From a virus, in the IMG/VR virus record IMGVR_UViG_3300021963_000080, positions 22,562 to 86,561 of that record: 64,000 nucleotides of DNA. One strand, written 5' to 3'. The position numbers and the translations under genes are program-made. This document shows positions 8,110-16,364 of this stretch, piece by piece; positions within the stretch are counted from its first letter, which is position 1, and the number at the start of each line of letters is the position of its first letter. The notes beneath the pieces were generated by a model. It had not been told where the DNA came from, did no database searches, and saw only the letters and a program-made list of their open reading frames with translations.

Positions 8110-9060
8110 ATGGCTCATATGATCGAAACTATTGCATACGCTGGCGAAGTTCCTTGGCACGGTCTTGGCACTAAAGTACCGGCTGATTTGTCCCCTGCGC
8201 AGATGCTTGAGAAAGCAGGACTTGATTGGACAGTCGAGAAAACTCCCGCTTTTGCTAATATTGATGGCAAACAAGTATCAGTCGGCTGGTCCGCTCTGAC
8301 ACGTAGTTCTGATAATTCGATTCTCTCTGTTGTATCAAATGACTGGAATCCAGTCCAGAATCACGAAGCATTCGAATTCTTCGACGAGTATTGTCGCGTT
8401 GGTGATATGGAAATGCATACAGCTGGAAGTTTAAAGGACGGACAGATTGTATGGGGGTTGGCTAAAGTGAAAGACTCATTCGATCTGTTCAAAGGTGACC
8501 AAGTAGATTCATACTTGCTGTTTACTAACCCGCATAAGTTCGGACAGTGTATTGACGTTCGTTTCACTCCTATCCGCGTTGTCTGCAACAACACTCTGAC
8601 ACTTTCGCTTTCACAGAAATCTGACCGCGTTGTAAAGAAAAACCACCGGACAGAATTCAATGCGGCTGAAGTAAAACAAACTCTTGGTATCGCTACCGAG
8701 AAGCTCGCTAAGTATAAAGAGATGGCTGCATTCTTGGGTAGCAAGCGCTATACTGAAGAAACTGCTAAACAATACTTCAACGCCGTGTTCCCTGTTATTG
8801 CATACAACAAGGAAAAAGGACCACAACGCAAAGAGTTGTCCAAGTCTGCTACCCGTGCTTTGGAAGTACTCGGCACTCAACCCGGCGCTCGCTTTGCTGA
8901 GGGTTCGTGGTGGCAAGCATTCAACGCTGTGACATATTTGACCGACCACGAAATCGGTCGCTCACAAGATACTCGTCTACAGTCTGCTTGGTTTGGTGCT
9001 AATAAGAACCTAAAACTGAAAGCGCTCGAGACTGCAGTAGAGTTTGCTGAAGCAGCATAA
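8110..9060 (+). CDS. DUF932 / LGT_TIGR03299 family protein
   Basis: PWHGLG, AGLDWTVEK, VQNHEAF, TPIRVVCNNTL, W.AFNAVT motifs. Confidence 0.85.
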   Translation: MAHMIETIAYAGEVPWHGLGTKVPADLSPAQMLEKAGLDWTVEKTPAFANIDGKQVSVGWSALTRSSDNSILSVVSNDWNPVQNHEAFEFFDEYCRVGDMEMHTAGSLKDGQIVWGLAKVKDSFDLFKGDQVDSYLLFTNPHKFGQCIDVRFTPIRVVCNNTLTLSLSQKSDRVVKKNHRTEFNAAEVKQTLGIATEKLAKYKEMAAFLGSKRYTEETAKQYFNAVFPVIAYNKEKGPQRKELSKSATRALEVLGTQPGARFAEGSWWQAFNAVTYLTDHEIGRSQDTRLQSAWFGANKNLKLKALETAVEFAEAA

Positions 9061-9075
9061 CTCAAACAAACGGTC

Positions 9076-9105
9076 AAGAGGGGGCGTTGCCCCCTTTTCG
9101 TTTTT
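9076..9105 (+). terminator. Terminator overlapping a promoter for the tmRNA
   Basis: GGGGGC-GTT-GCCCCC-TTTT; TTGCCC(9087)-17-TATCAT and GATAAATA (9120) follow. Confidence 0.7.
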
Positions 9106-9132
9106 GTGGTATCATACTGGATAAATAAAGAT

Positions 9133-9447
9133 ATTGTTGTAATCCCTTCAAAGCGAAGGAATTCTGGACGTGGGTTCGACTCCCACCAGGTCCACCAGAA
9201 AGAGTATTATAGTGGGTTCGCAAGTATGAGTCGCATTCTAAAGAGTGCCCTTGAACTGGATATAGTATTCTTCCTAATGGGCCTGCCATGGTTTCGACAG
9301 GGTTAGATAGCAGAGACGGCAACACGGTAGGCGATGACCGTAAATCAAGCAAAATTAATAACTGCAAACGATGAGTTATTCCTAGCAGCTGCTTAATTGC
9401 ACTGCATGAGTTTTGCTAGTTGAACTTGGAAACAGAATCAACTAGCC
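9133..9447 (+). ncRNA. ssrA: Circularly permuted (two-piece) tmRNA, tag (A)ANDELFLAAA
   Basis: Acceptor piece with T-arm GTGGG-TTCGACT-CCCAC and CAGGTCC-ACCA (ends 9197) lies upstream of coding piece GGGCCTG (9279); G3-U70 pair; tag frame 9364-9396; outer ends approximate. Confidence 0.92.
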
Positions 9448-9478
9448 ATTATGTTTAATAACAAAAAAGGTATTTTTT

Positions 9479-9931
9479 ATGAAATTGAAATTAGCATTAG
9501 TTATTGCCTTGCTTACTACATCCGGCATTGCATCAGCAATCGAAGTAGGTATCAACGCAGGCCGCTCATTCACTGGTACTGATCGTAACAACACCGGTAT
9601 CACAATTGGCCAAAAGACTGGCGCAGTTGGAATTGAAGCTGGGTTTGATGCATTCCGTAGTGGTGTAGATCAAAACCGTTGGTCATTGATCGGCTCCTAT
9701 GATGTTACTAAAGTTGCTGGCACAACCGTTGCTGTTAAAGCCGGCGGTGCATGGCTAGACAACAAAGGTACGACAAGTGATGGCTACACCGCTCTTGTTG
9801 GTGCTGGTGCATCATACCCACTATCTAAACAATTAGCATTGACTGCTGACTATAAATATCAGATAGGTCAAAAGCGAGTAGATCAATTCAACGGTAGCAA
9901 CGTTACTGCTGGCTTGAAGTATTCGTTCTAA
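9479..9931 (+). CDS. Outer-membrane beta-barrel protein (OmpA/Ail/Lom-like)
   Basis: Signal peptide (..ASA), alternating beta strands, C-terminal GLKYSF signature. Confidence 0.8.
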   Translation: MKLKLALVIALLTTSGIASAIEVGINAGRSFTGTDRNNTGITIGQKTGAVGIEAGFDAFRSGVDQNRWSLIGSYDVTKVAGTTVAVKAGGAWLDNKGTTSDGYTALVGAGASYPLSKQLALTADYKYQIGQKRVDQFNGSNVTAGLKYSF

Positions 9932-10001
9932 ATACATTGAGGAGTTGATGGATCTCAATAAAACCATCATTTTATAAACACACACAAAAAGGAGACACAC
10001 A

Positions 10002-10217
10002 ATGTCTAAAACTCCATACGAGATTCGTCTCGATCTAATTAAGATGGCTCAAGACCAACTTAACCAAAGGTACTACAATCAGTTCGAAGTGGCAAGACAC
10101 AACGCACAGATTGCTAGCGCACCCTTGAACGAAGTGCCTGATTTTCCAAGCACTGAACAATTGTTACTAGAGGCTGAAAAGCTGAAACAATTCGTAGATA
10201 AAGCTGACAAAAGCTAA
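10002..10217 (+). CDS. Conserved hypothetical T4-like phage protein
   Basis: MSKTPYEIRLDLIKMA...P...EAEKLKQFV; strong AAGGAG RBS. Confidence 0.8.
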   Translation: MSKTPYEIRLDLIKMAQDQLNQRYYNQFEVARHNAQIASAPLNEVPDFPSTEQLLLEAEKLKQFVDKADKS

Positions 10218-10220
10218 ATC

Positions 10221-10241
10221 GGGGGGCGTCAAGCCCCTTTT
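10221..10241 (+). terminator. Rho-independent terminator
   Basis: GGGGC-GTCAA-GCCCC-TTTT. Confidence 0.75.
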
Positions 10242-10242
10242 G

Positions 10243-10250
10243 TATAAATA
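10243..10250 (+). promoter_or_regulatory. T4-type late promoter
   Basis: TATAAATA consensus. Confidence 0.75.
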
Positions 10251-10255
10251 ACCTT

Positions 10256-10879
10256 ATGTTTACTGTAAATAAGCAAACAAAGGTATACGAAAATCCAACT
10301 TGTAGTAGGGCAATAGACGAACACAAGGTGTTCACCAAAAGCTCTCACTACTTTGATAAAGACGGATTTGAATTAACACACGTAGAAAGAGAATTCTACT
10401 ACGTTAATGGGTATACAATAACGGACATACTCAACCACACATGCTGTCAACAACCATGGATGACAGTTAAGTCCGATAATTTTTTATTGGACCATTGCAT
10501 CATACTCCATAGATGCAATTTCGAGGGAGCAGCAAAAGAGCAGCTTCTTTTTTACAAACACCAAGTCCCAACACTAAGCCAGTTGCTACAGTGTAAACAA
10601 AAATGGGGTTTGGATCTTGCACTCGACTACTTCGATGGAGAAGATATGTACGAAGTACTACACGTCGAACAAGATTTCAATACTTTACAGGAGTGTACTG
10701 CCTATAAGGAAAACATCGAGAAGTTTGTCTTTGCCATTGATTGGGAAGACGCAGCAAAGCGATTGATTGCAAGGAAGGACGAATGGTCTTCTTTAATCGG
10801 ATTTGCGCAGAACGATTGGAAAGCTAGATTTTTTGGCTTCCCTAAAGCAGAACTAACCCACAAAGCTCTAGTGTACTAA
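10256..10879 (+). CDS. Hypothetical protein
   Basis: 207-aa ORF directly after late promoter. Confidence 0.75.
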   Translation: MFTVNKQTKVYENPTCSRAIDEHKVFTKSSHYFDKDGFELTHVEREFYYVNGYTITDILNHTCCQQPWMTVKSDNFLLDHCIILHRCNFEGAAKEQLLFYKHQVPTLSQLLQCKQKWGLDLALDYFDGEDMYEVLHVEQDFNTLQECTAYKENIEKFVFAIDWEDAAKRLIARKDEWSSLIGFAQNDWKARFFGFPKAELTHKALVY

Positions 10880-10934
10880 CAGTACCAAACAAATTCCAAG
10901 TACATAGACACATACTAGGCAGAACATCTGCCAG

Positions 10935-10963
10935 TAGACTTTTGTGCCGTTTAATGGTACAAT
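10935..10963 (+). promoter_or_regulatory. sigma70-type promoter
   Basis: TAGACT-17-TACAAT with extended -10 TG. Confidence 0.6.
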
Positions 10964-10993
10964 GATTGGAGCTTTTAAAATTAAGGAGGTATT

Positions 10994-11566
10994 ATGAATA
11001 GGACATCTTATGCGCCTATGCTTAAAAACTTCGAACTTATGTTCAAAGGATTTTTCTTCATCGTAGGTCTTTTAGTAGTCGCTATGTTACTTAACACAGC
11101 AGTCAACGTCAGAATGGACAACTACACTAAAATGACAGGCCTACCAGCTCATATGTCCGTCAAGGAGAAAGAGCAACAAATGCAATGCCTGACGCAGAAC
11201 ATTTATTGGGAAGCAGCATCAGAGCCTTTTGAAGGCAAGGTCGCTGTGGCACAAGTCACTATGAATAGAATGAATAGTGGCAAATTTCCAGAAACTGTTT
11301 GCGGTGTGGTACAACAACGAAATATATTCTACGATAAAGTCGTTTGCCAGTTTTCGTGGTTTTGTGAATCGACATATAAGACAAGACCAGTTCATCCTAA
11401 AATGTGGGATGAGAGTGAGGCTGTAGCAAAGAAAGTATTGTTCGAGGGGTTTAGACTCGATGGTTTGAAAGAGGCTCTATACTACCATGCGGATTACGTC
11501 AATCCAAAATGGAACAAAGAGCGAGTTACTAAAATAGGTCAACATATTTTTTATAAGGATAGATAA
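10994..11566 (+). CDS. Cell wall hydrolase, SleB/Hydrolase_2 family, N-terminal TM anchor
   Basis: CL..NIYWEA..EP..GK.AVAQV..NR, CQFSW, ALYYHADYV.PKW, IGQHIFY. Confidence 0.9.
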   Translation: MNRTSYAPMLKNFELMFKGFFFIVGLLVVAMLLNTAVNVRMDNYTKMTGLPAHMSVKEKEQQMQCLTQNIYWEAASEPFEGKVAVAQVTMNRMNSGKFPETVCGVVQQRNIFYDKVVCQFSWFCESTYKTRPVHPKMWDESEAVAKKVLFEGFRLDGLKEALYYHADYVNPKWNKERVTKIGQHIFYKDR

Positions 11567-11878
11567 ATGGAAAAGTTCGATTTAATTCTAATGGCGTGTA
11601 AGAAGTTCGTAGCTGAAAAGTTCTCACATCTGTCATCGGAAGCTGTCGGGTGGCTAGCAATAGTGTTTATTCATTGTGCTACAATTCCATCGATCCTTTC
11701 ACTAATAATTGGTCTATCAGATAAGCTGCCATCTCTTGATGTTGTTATGTTTGCATGGGGTGGCTTGTTGTTGATGTTTATCAAATCTTTGATACAACGC
11801 GACATGCTTAATATTATTACAATTGGCGTTGGATTTTTTATCCAAGCGTTCTTACTAGCACTGGTCGTGTTTAAATGA
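11567..11878 (+). CDS. Small multi-pass membrane protein (holin candidate)
   Basis: Three hydrophobic segments; adjacent to hydrolase. Confidence 0.6.
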   Translation: MEKFDLILMACKKFVAEKFSHLSSEAVGWLAIVFIHCATIPSILSLIIGLSDKLPSLDVVMFAWGGLLLMFIKSLIQRDMLNIITIGVGFFIQAFLLALVVFK

Positions 11879-12117
11879 TTGAAGATCAAATTAATGAAAT
11901 TATAAACGTTCAAGACTTTCTCGTCACGATTGAAAAAATCGCTGAGGAAAAACGAATGGAATATCTTGACGCAGTATTATATTACTGTAGTCAGACTGGA
12001 CTTGAGATTGAAACAGCAGCCGACTTGATAAGACGTAATGCGAAGATGAAAGCGCGGGTACGTCTTGATGCTGAGGGTCTTGGGTATTTTCCTAAAACTG
12101 CAAAACTACCTATATGA
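11875..12117 (+). CDS. gp33: Late-promoter transcription co-activator
   Basis: F...IE.....YLDAVLYYC....EIE..A.LI....K.....A...LPI; synteny with gp59/gp32. Confidence 0.85.
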   Translation: MIEDQINEIINVQDFLVTIEKIAEEKRMEYLDAVLYYCSQTGLEIETAADLIRRNAKMKARVRLDAEGLGYFPKTAKLPI

Positions 12118-12569
12118 AACCTTTTACACCAAAGCCCGTAGTTGGGTTTACGTGTGGAGCTTTTGATCTTTTTCATGCTGGCCATGTGCTAATGCTGGAA
12201 GAAGCAAAGCAACACTGTGATTATTTAATTGTCGGATTGCAATCTGATCCTTCTATTGATAGAGCATCTAAGAATAAACCAGTACAGAGCATTGTCGAGA
12301 GACAAGTTCAGGTTAAAGGATGCCGTCATGTAGACGAAGTTGTAATTTACGATACTGAGAAAGACTTAGAAGACCTATTCAAAACATTGCCGATCGATGT
12401 TCGTGTGATTGGTTCTGATTATAAGGATAGAGAATTCACTGCAAAAGATTATTGCATTGACAATAATATTCAAATAGTGTATAATAAACGAACTCACTCA
12501 TTCTCCACAACGGACTTGAGACAAAGAGTGTTCCTAGCGGAATCCATTAAACAACACTTAGAGCGATAA
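12114..12569 (+). CDS. Cytidylyltransferase (TagD/glycerol-3-phosphate CT-like)
   Basis: GAFDLFHAGH (HxGH), LIVGL, R...STT motifs. Confidence 0.85.
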   Translation: MKPFTPKPVVGFTCGAFDLFHAGHVLMLEEAKQHCDYLIVGLQSDPSIDRASKNKPVQSIVERQVQVKGCRHVDEVVIYDTEKDLEDLFKTLPIDVRVIGSDYKDREFTAKDYCIDNNIQIVYNKRTHSFSTTDLRQRVFLAESIKQHLER

Positions 12570-12570
12570 T

Positions 12571-13158
12571 ATGACTGGTTATGAGGCATACAAACTGTAT
12601 GTCGCTTTGAAGAATCATTTTAATTCAGACACATACGATTACTTTCGTTATGGAGGAAAGACAAGGGCTAATGCCAAGTCTTTTGAAATGCGCCATGACA
12701 AATACTTCTTCAATAAACTAGCAAAGCACAAGGACACCGAAAGGTTTGTCCTTGCTAATATTGTTGAAGATAATCCTAATGTTTGGGTTGGTGATTTAGC
12801 AAACGAACAGCAAGCTGAGAACAATTACAAGACGTGGTTGAAGCGTCAGGAATCGTTGTCCTATGTGTTCACAAATGATCTTGACAATCTCAGCCCGAGT
12901 TACAACGATAACCTTGTAGTGGAAGGATCCAACCATCCTTTACTGCTTAAGTTATTGATGCAGAAAAAAGTGTCATTGGAAACTATTGTTATCCTTAATG
13001 ACCTTTGTGGTTTCTTTAGACATTGGAACAAGAAAATCGAAGAAGATGTTATTTGGCCAATGGTGTACAAGAAGTGCAAGAAGTACAGACCATTCCTTAA
13101 ATTTGATAAGGATAAACTAAAACAAATTGTTGTTGACAAATTCTCAACAATGAAGTAA
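12571..13158 (+). CDS. gp59: Helicase loader
   Basis: Y..Y.ALKNHF....YDYF.Y.GK, R.DKYFF.KL, ISLET. Confidence 0.9.
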   Translation: MTGYEAYKLYVALKNHFNSDTYDYFRYGGKTRANAKSFEMRHDKYFFNKLAKHKDTERFVLANIVEDNPNVWVGDLANEQQAENNYKTWLKRQESLSYVFTNDLDNLSPSYNDNLVVEGSNHPLLLKLLMQKKVSLETIVILNDLCGFFRHWNKKIEEDVIWPMVYKKCKKYRPFLKFDKDKLKQIVVDKFSTMK

Positions 13159-13236
13159 GATAAATACTTCTATATTATGCATAATGTGGATACGACGATT
13201 TAATACATTTTATACAACGCTTATACGGAGAAATAC

Positions 13237-14175
13237 ATGAGCTCATCATTTGCCTCACTCAAGAAAAACAGCAAGTCACAATTCGACAAGCTCGTTACAG
13301 AAGTTCAGAAACTGAACGCCCCCACCCAAGGTTCACAAGAAGATAATCGATTCTGGAAACCAGAAGTAGATAAAGCCGGTAATGGTTATGCCATCATCCG
13401 TTTCTTGCCTGCACCTGATGGTGAAGATAAACCATACGTACGTATTTGGGATCATGGATTCCAAGGTCCTGGTGGCTGGTATATCGAAAAGTCTCTTACC
13501 ACTCTCGGTGAGAAAGATCCAGTATCAGAATACAACTCTCAATTGTGGAACTCTGGTATTGAAGCGAACAAAGAATTGGTTCGCAAATACAAGCGCCGTC
13601 TCTCTTTCATCTCCAACATCTATGTTGTGAAAGATCCTGCCCATCCTGAAAACGAAGGCAAAGTAATGCTTTACAAGTATGGAAAGAAAATCTGGGACAA
13701 GATCGAACTCGCTATGAACCCAGAGTTTGAAGATGAACAGAAAATCAATCCATTTGACTTCTGGGAAGGTGCAAACTTCAAGTTGAAGATTCGTAATGTA
13801 GAAGGCTATCGCAATTACGATAAGTCTGAGTTTGAACCAGCAACAGCTCTATTCAATGACGATGAAGAGTTGGAAGCATTGTGGAAGCAAGAGCATTCGT
13901 TAGAATCTTTTGTTGCTCCTAAAGAGTTTAAGTCTTATGATGAGTTGAAAGCTCGTCTAAACAAAGCTCTTGGATTAGATGGTAATCCAGCTGCTGCTCG
14001 TACAACTGCTGCACAAGCTACTACCCCACCATGGGATGATGAGCCTGCAACAGCTGCTGCCCCTGTCGCTAAGACAATGGCACCAAAGCCTGCTCCTAAA
14101 AAGTCTCTAGATGAGTCGTTCGTAGAGGACGATGATAATATGGACTTCTTCAAGAAGCTCGCTGCTGAAGAGTAA
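13237..14175 (+). CDS. gp32: Single-stranded DNA-binding protein
   Basis: DKAGNGYAIIRFLP, WYIE, PFDFWEGANFKLKI, NYDKSEF, acidic tail. Confidence 0.95.
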   Translation: MSSSFASLKKNSKSQFDKLVTEVQKLNAPTQGSQEDNRFWKPEVDKAGNGYAIIRFLPAPDGEDKPYVRIWDHGFQGPGGWYIEKSLTTLGEKDPVSEYNSQLWNSGIEANKELVRKYKRRLSFISNIYVVKDPAHPENEGKVMLYKYGKKIWDKIELAMNPEFEDEQKINPFDFWEGANFKLKIRNVEGYRNYDKSEFEPATALFNDDEELEALWKQEHSLESFVAPKEFKSYDELKARLNKALGLDGNPAAARTTAAQATTPPWDDEPATAAAPVAKTMAPKPAPKKSLDESFVEDDDNMDFFKKLAAEE

Positions 14176-14202
14176 AAAGAAAGCCCCGAAAGGGGCTTTT
14201 TT
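14174..14202. terminator. Bidirectional terminator between convergent genes
   Basis: A-run-AAAGCCCC-GAAA-GGGGCTTT-T-run. Confidence 0.85.
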
Positions 14203-14235
14203 ATTGGGAGATATGCTGGCTTAATACGACCTAGC

Positions 14236-15312
14236 CTATGAAGGTCCATAGGCAACACAGAAAAAGTTTTGGCTTGGAATATTAGTGGTGCGATTTACCC
14301 AAGCCGTACCGTCAGTTGTAGTTGCTACTTTTATGGTGGCGTTAAATCCTACGCATACGACAGTTCCAGCACCAGCGGCAGACATATACCATGGTCCTCC
14401 GCCTGTTGAAGTTGATGCGCTAGTCCACGATGTCCCATTGGTGCTCCAGTAACCAAGATTTGATCCTGATAATGCTATCCACCGGTTATATGTAGGATTA
14501 TAAACCATGTTAGCAATCACGTGACTGCTGAAAGGAGTCCCACTACCAGTAGTTGTCCAAGAACTTCCGTTACTACTGTAAGTTAACTTACCTTCACCAC
14601 TTGGCGCACCTGAAACATAAAGACCACCATTAGCTGTTCCCCAAGCAACCTGATTCCACGAGCTGTTAGTCGGGGGAGTACTTGATTGTGTCCAAGTAAC
14701 CCCAGTTGGGCTGGTGTAAGCAGCCGCTCTGCCCGAGTCTATCGCGACAAATTGACTTTGAGTGGCACTCCATACGACAGATGAGAAAGACGCACCGCCC
14801 GGAGGGTTATAACTGCTTGCTGTCCAATTGACACCATCGGTACTCGTTAATATGTTGTTGGTCGGACTTCCAGTAGCCAGGATAACCCAATAGCCGCCAC
14901 CATAAGCCGCACATCGCCAGTTGTTAGAAACCGGTAAGGTTGCTGAAGTCCATGTTTGTCCGTCAGAGCTGTATGCAGCCTGAGTGGTATTTTGTTTTGC
15001 TGCAAAAAACTTACCAGTGGAACCCCCACCCCAAGCTACAGCAAACCAGTTACCTGCACCGCCCGGAAGAGTTGTAGTATTCCAGTTAACTCCTGCATCT
15101 GTTGAATAGATGGCAGTGGCAGTACTGCCCAAAGCCACGAATACACTAAGACTACTCTTTCCATAACCATCACTCATTGATATAGCGCCACTACTTCTTC
15201 CGAATAGGGTACGAACGTTCGTATCGTTCATTGAGATTGTTGCTGTAGAAGATTGACCTAACTCAGTATTAACAGCGCTCAGACTTATTGCACCGGAAGA
15301 TGGTAACGCCAT
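14236..15312 (-). CDS. Tail-fibre/receptor-binding protein with beta-propeller (BNR-like S.DG..W) repeats
   Basis: MALPSSGAISLSAVNTELG N-terminus; repeated STDG.NW motifs. Confidence 0.75.
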   Translation of the reverse strand: MALPSSGAISLSAVNTELGQSSTATISMNDTNVRTLFGRSSGAISMSDGYGKSSLSVFVALGSTATAIYSTDAGVNWNTTTLPGGAGNWFAVAWGGGSTGKFFAAKQNTTQAAYSSDGQTWTSATLPVSNNWRCAAYGGGYWVILATGSPTNNILTSTDGVNWTASSYNPPGGASFSSVVWSATQSQFVAIDSGRAAAYTSPTGVTWTQSSTPPTNSSWNQVAWGTANGGLYVSGAPSGEGKLTYSSNGSSWTTTGSGTPFSSHVIANMVYNPTYNRWIALSGSNLGYWSTNGTSWTSASTSTGGGPWYMSAAGAGTVVCVGFNATIKVATTTDGTAWVNRTTNIPSQNFFCVAYGPS

Positions 15313-16352
15313 TAACTGCTCTTATTAGATTCTAGTTGTTCAATACGAGCTAGTAGTTGTTCGATGGCTCCAAAGGATAGTATGGCCAGCTTTCCATAAT
15401 CAACGGCCAGGGATCCATCTGAACGAGTGCGTACCGCTTGTGGAAACACGCGTTTTACGTCTTGAGCAATAACGCCAAAGTCTGCTTTCTGTAGGAAGTA
15501 TTCATCTTCCCCTCCATGCTCATCTATGTAAGCATCTGTCCAGTTAAACGTTTTACTACCGATAGCAGTCACTATACCAAGTGGATCTATTACTGATTGG
15601 ACGTTCTCTTTAAAACGTTTATCGGAACTATAATAAGCAGTAATATTATTAGTAGCTCTAATCTCACCAGCAGTACCGGAAGGACTGGTTCCTACACCGA
15701 AGGATGTCGTTTGAACAGTGTTACTGAATGATGCTACACCAGCGATTGTTAAACCAGCTCCACCTTGGATAGTGGACGTTACATTTGCAAATCCGGTAAT
15801 AGTAGTATTACCAGCAGCCAACGTAGTAATGCCAGAAGCTGCACCAGCAATTGTTAGACTAGAACCCCCCTGGATCGTTGACGTGACATTAGCAAAGCCA
15901 GTAATAGTTGTGTTACCGACTCCTATTGTACGGGAAGATGTACTACCGCTCGCTAATGTTGCATCTAAGGTAATTGTAGGAGAAGCTATTGTCGACCAAT
16001 ATAAATTACCACTTGCTCCTCCTGACATAAGAACTTGGGAAGCTGCTCCAACTGAACCGTTGGCAGTGATTGTATTAGATTGTACATTAGTTGCAGTTAT
16101 TACACTTGCAGCAATAATGTTTCCTGTTAAAGAATTTGATACTGTTATGTTCTGGAAAGATGCAATGCCAGTAAACTCAGGAGACGCAGTAAAGCTCGAT
16201 ACAATGTTGTTTAATATTTCAACATCTGTAGAAGAAGAGCCGGTTGGGGCTATTTCCTGACTTACTTGTATGGGTTCAGCAACTCCTCCTAGCTCACTAA
16301 TACGGTCGCGGAGAGTTTGTCTGAAATTGGTAACGTTTTGTTGAACTGACAT
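15312..16352 (-). CDS. Tail fibre with C-terminal intramolecular chaperone (peptidase S74)
   Basis: SSDKRFKENV, GVIAQDV..VFP.AV, LAVDY motifs. Confidence 0.85.
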   Translation of the reverse strand: MSVQQNVTNFRQTLRDRISELGGVAEPIQVSQEIAPTGSSSTDVEILNNIVSSFTASPEFTGIASFQNITVSNSLTGNIIAASVITATNVQSNTITANGSVGAASQVLMSGGASGNLYWSTIASPTITLDATLASGSTSSRTIGVGNTTITGFANVTSTIQGGSSLTIAGAASGITTLAAGNTTITGFANVTSTIQGGAGLTIAGVASFSNTVQTTSFGVGTSPSGTAGEIRATNNITAYYSSDKRFKENVQSVIDPLGIVTAIGSKTFNWTDAYIDEHGGEDEYFLQKADFGVIAQDVKRVFPQAVRTRSDGSLAVDYGKLAILSFGAIEQLLARIEQLESNKSS

Positions 16353-16364
16353 TATGGATATTGG

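Noticed and set aside
9165-9197. Apparent tRNA (T-arm plus CCA)
   Set aside because: No upstream D-arm or anticodon arm; it is the acceptor piece of the permuted tmRNA
9074-9367. ORFs 9074-9367 (-) and 9106-9306 (+)
   Set aside because: Overlap the tmRNA; no coding features
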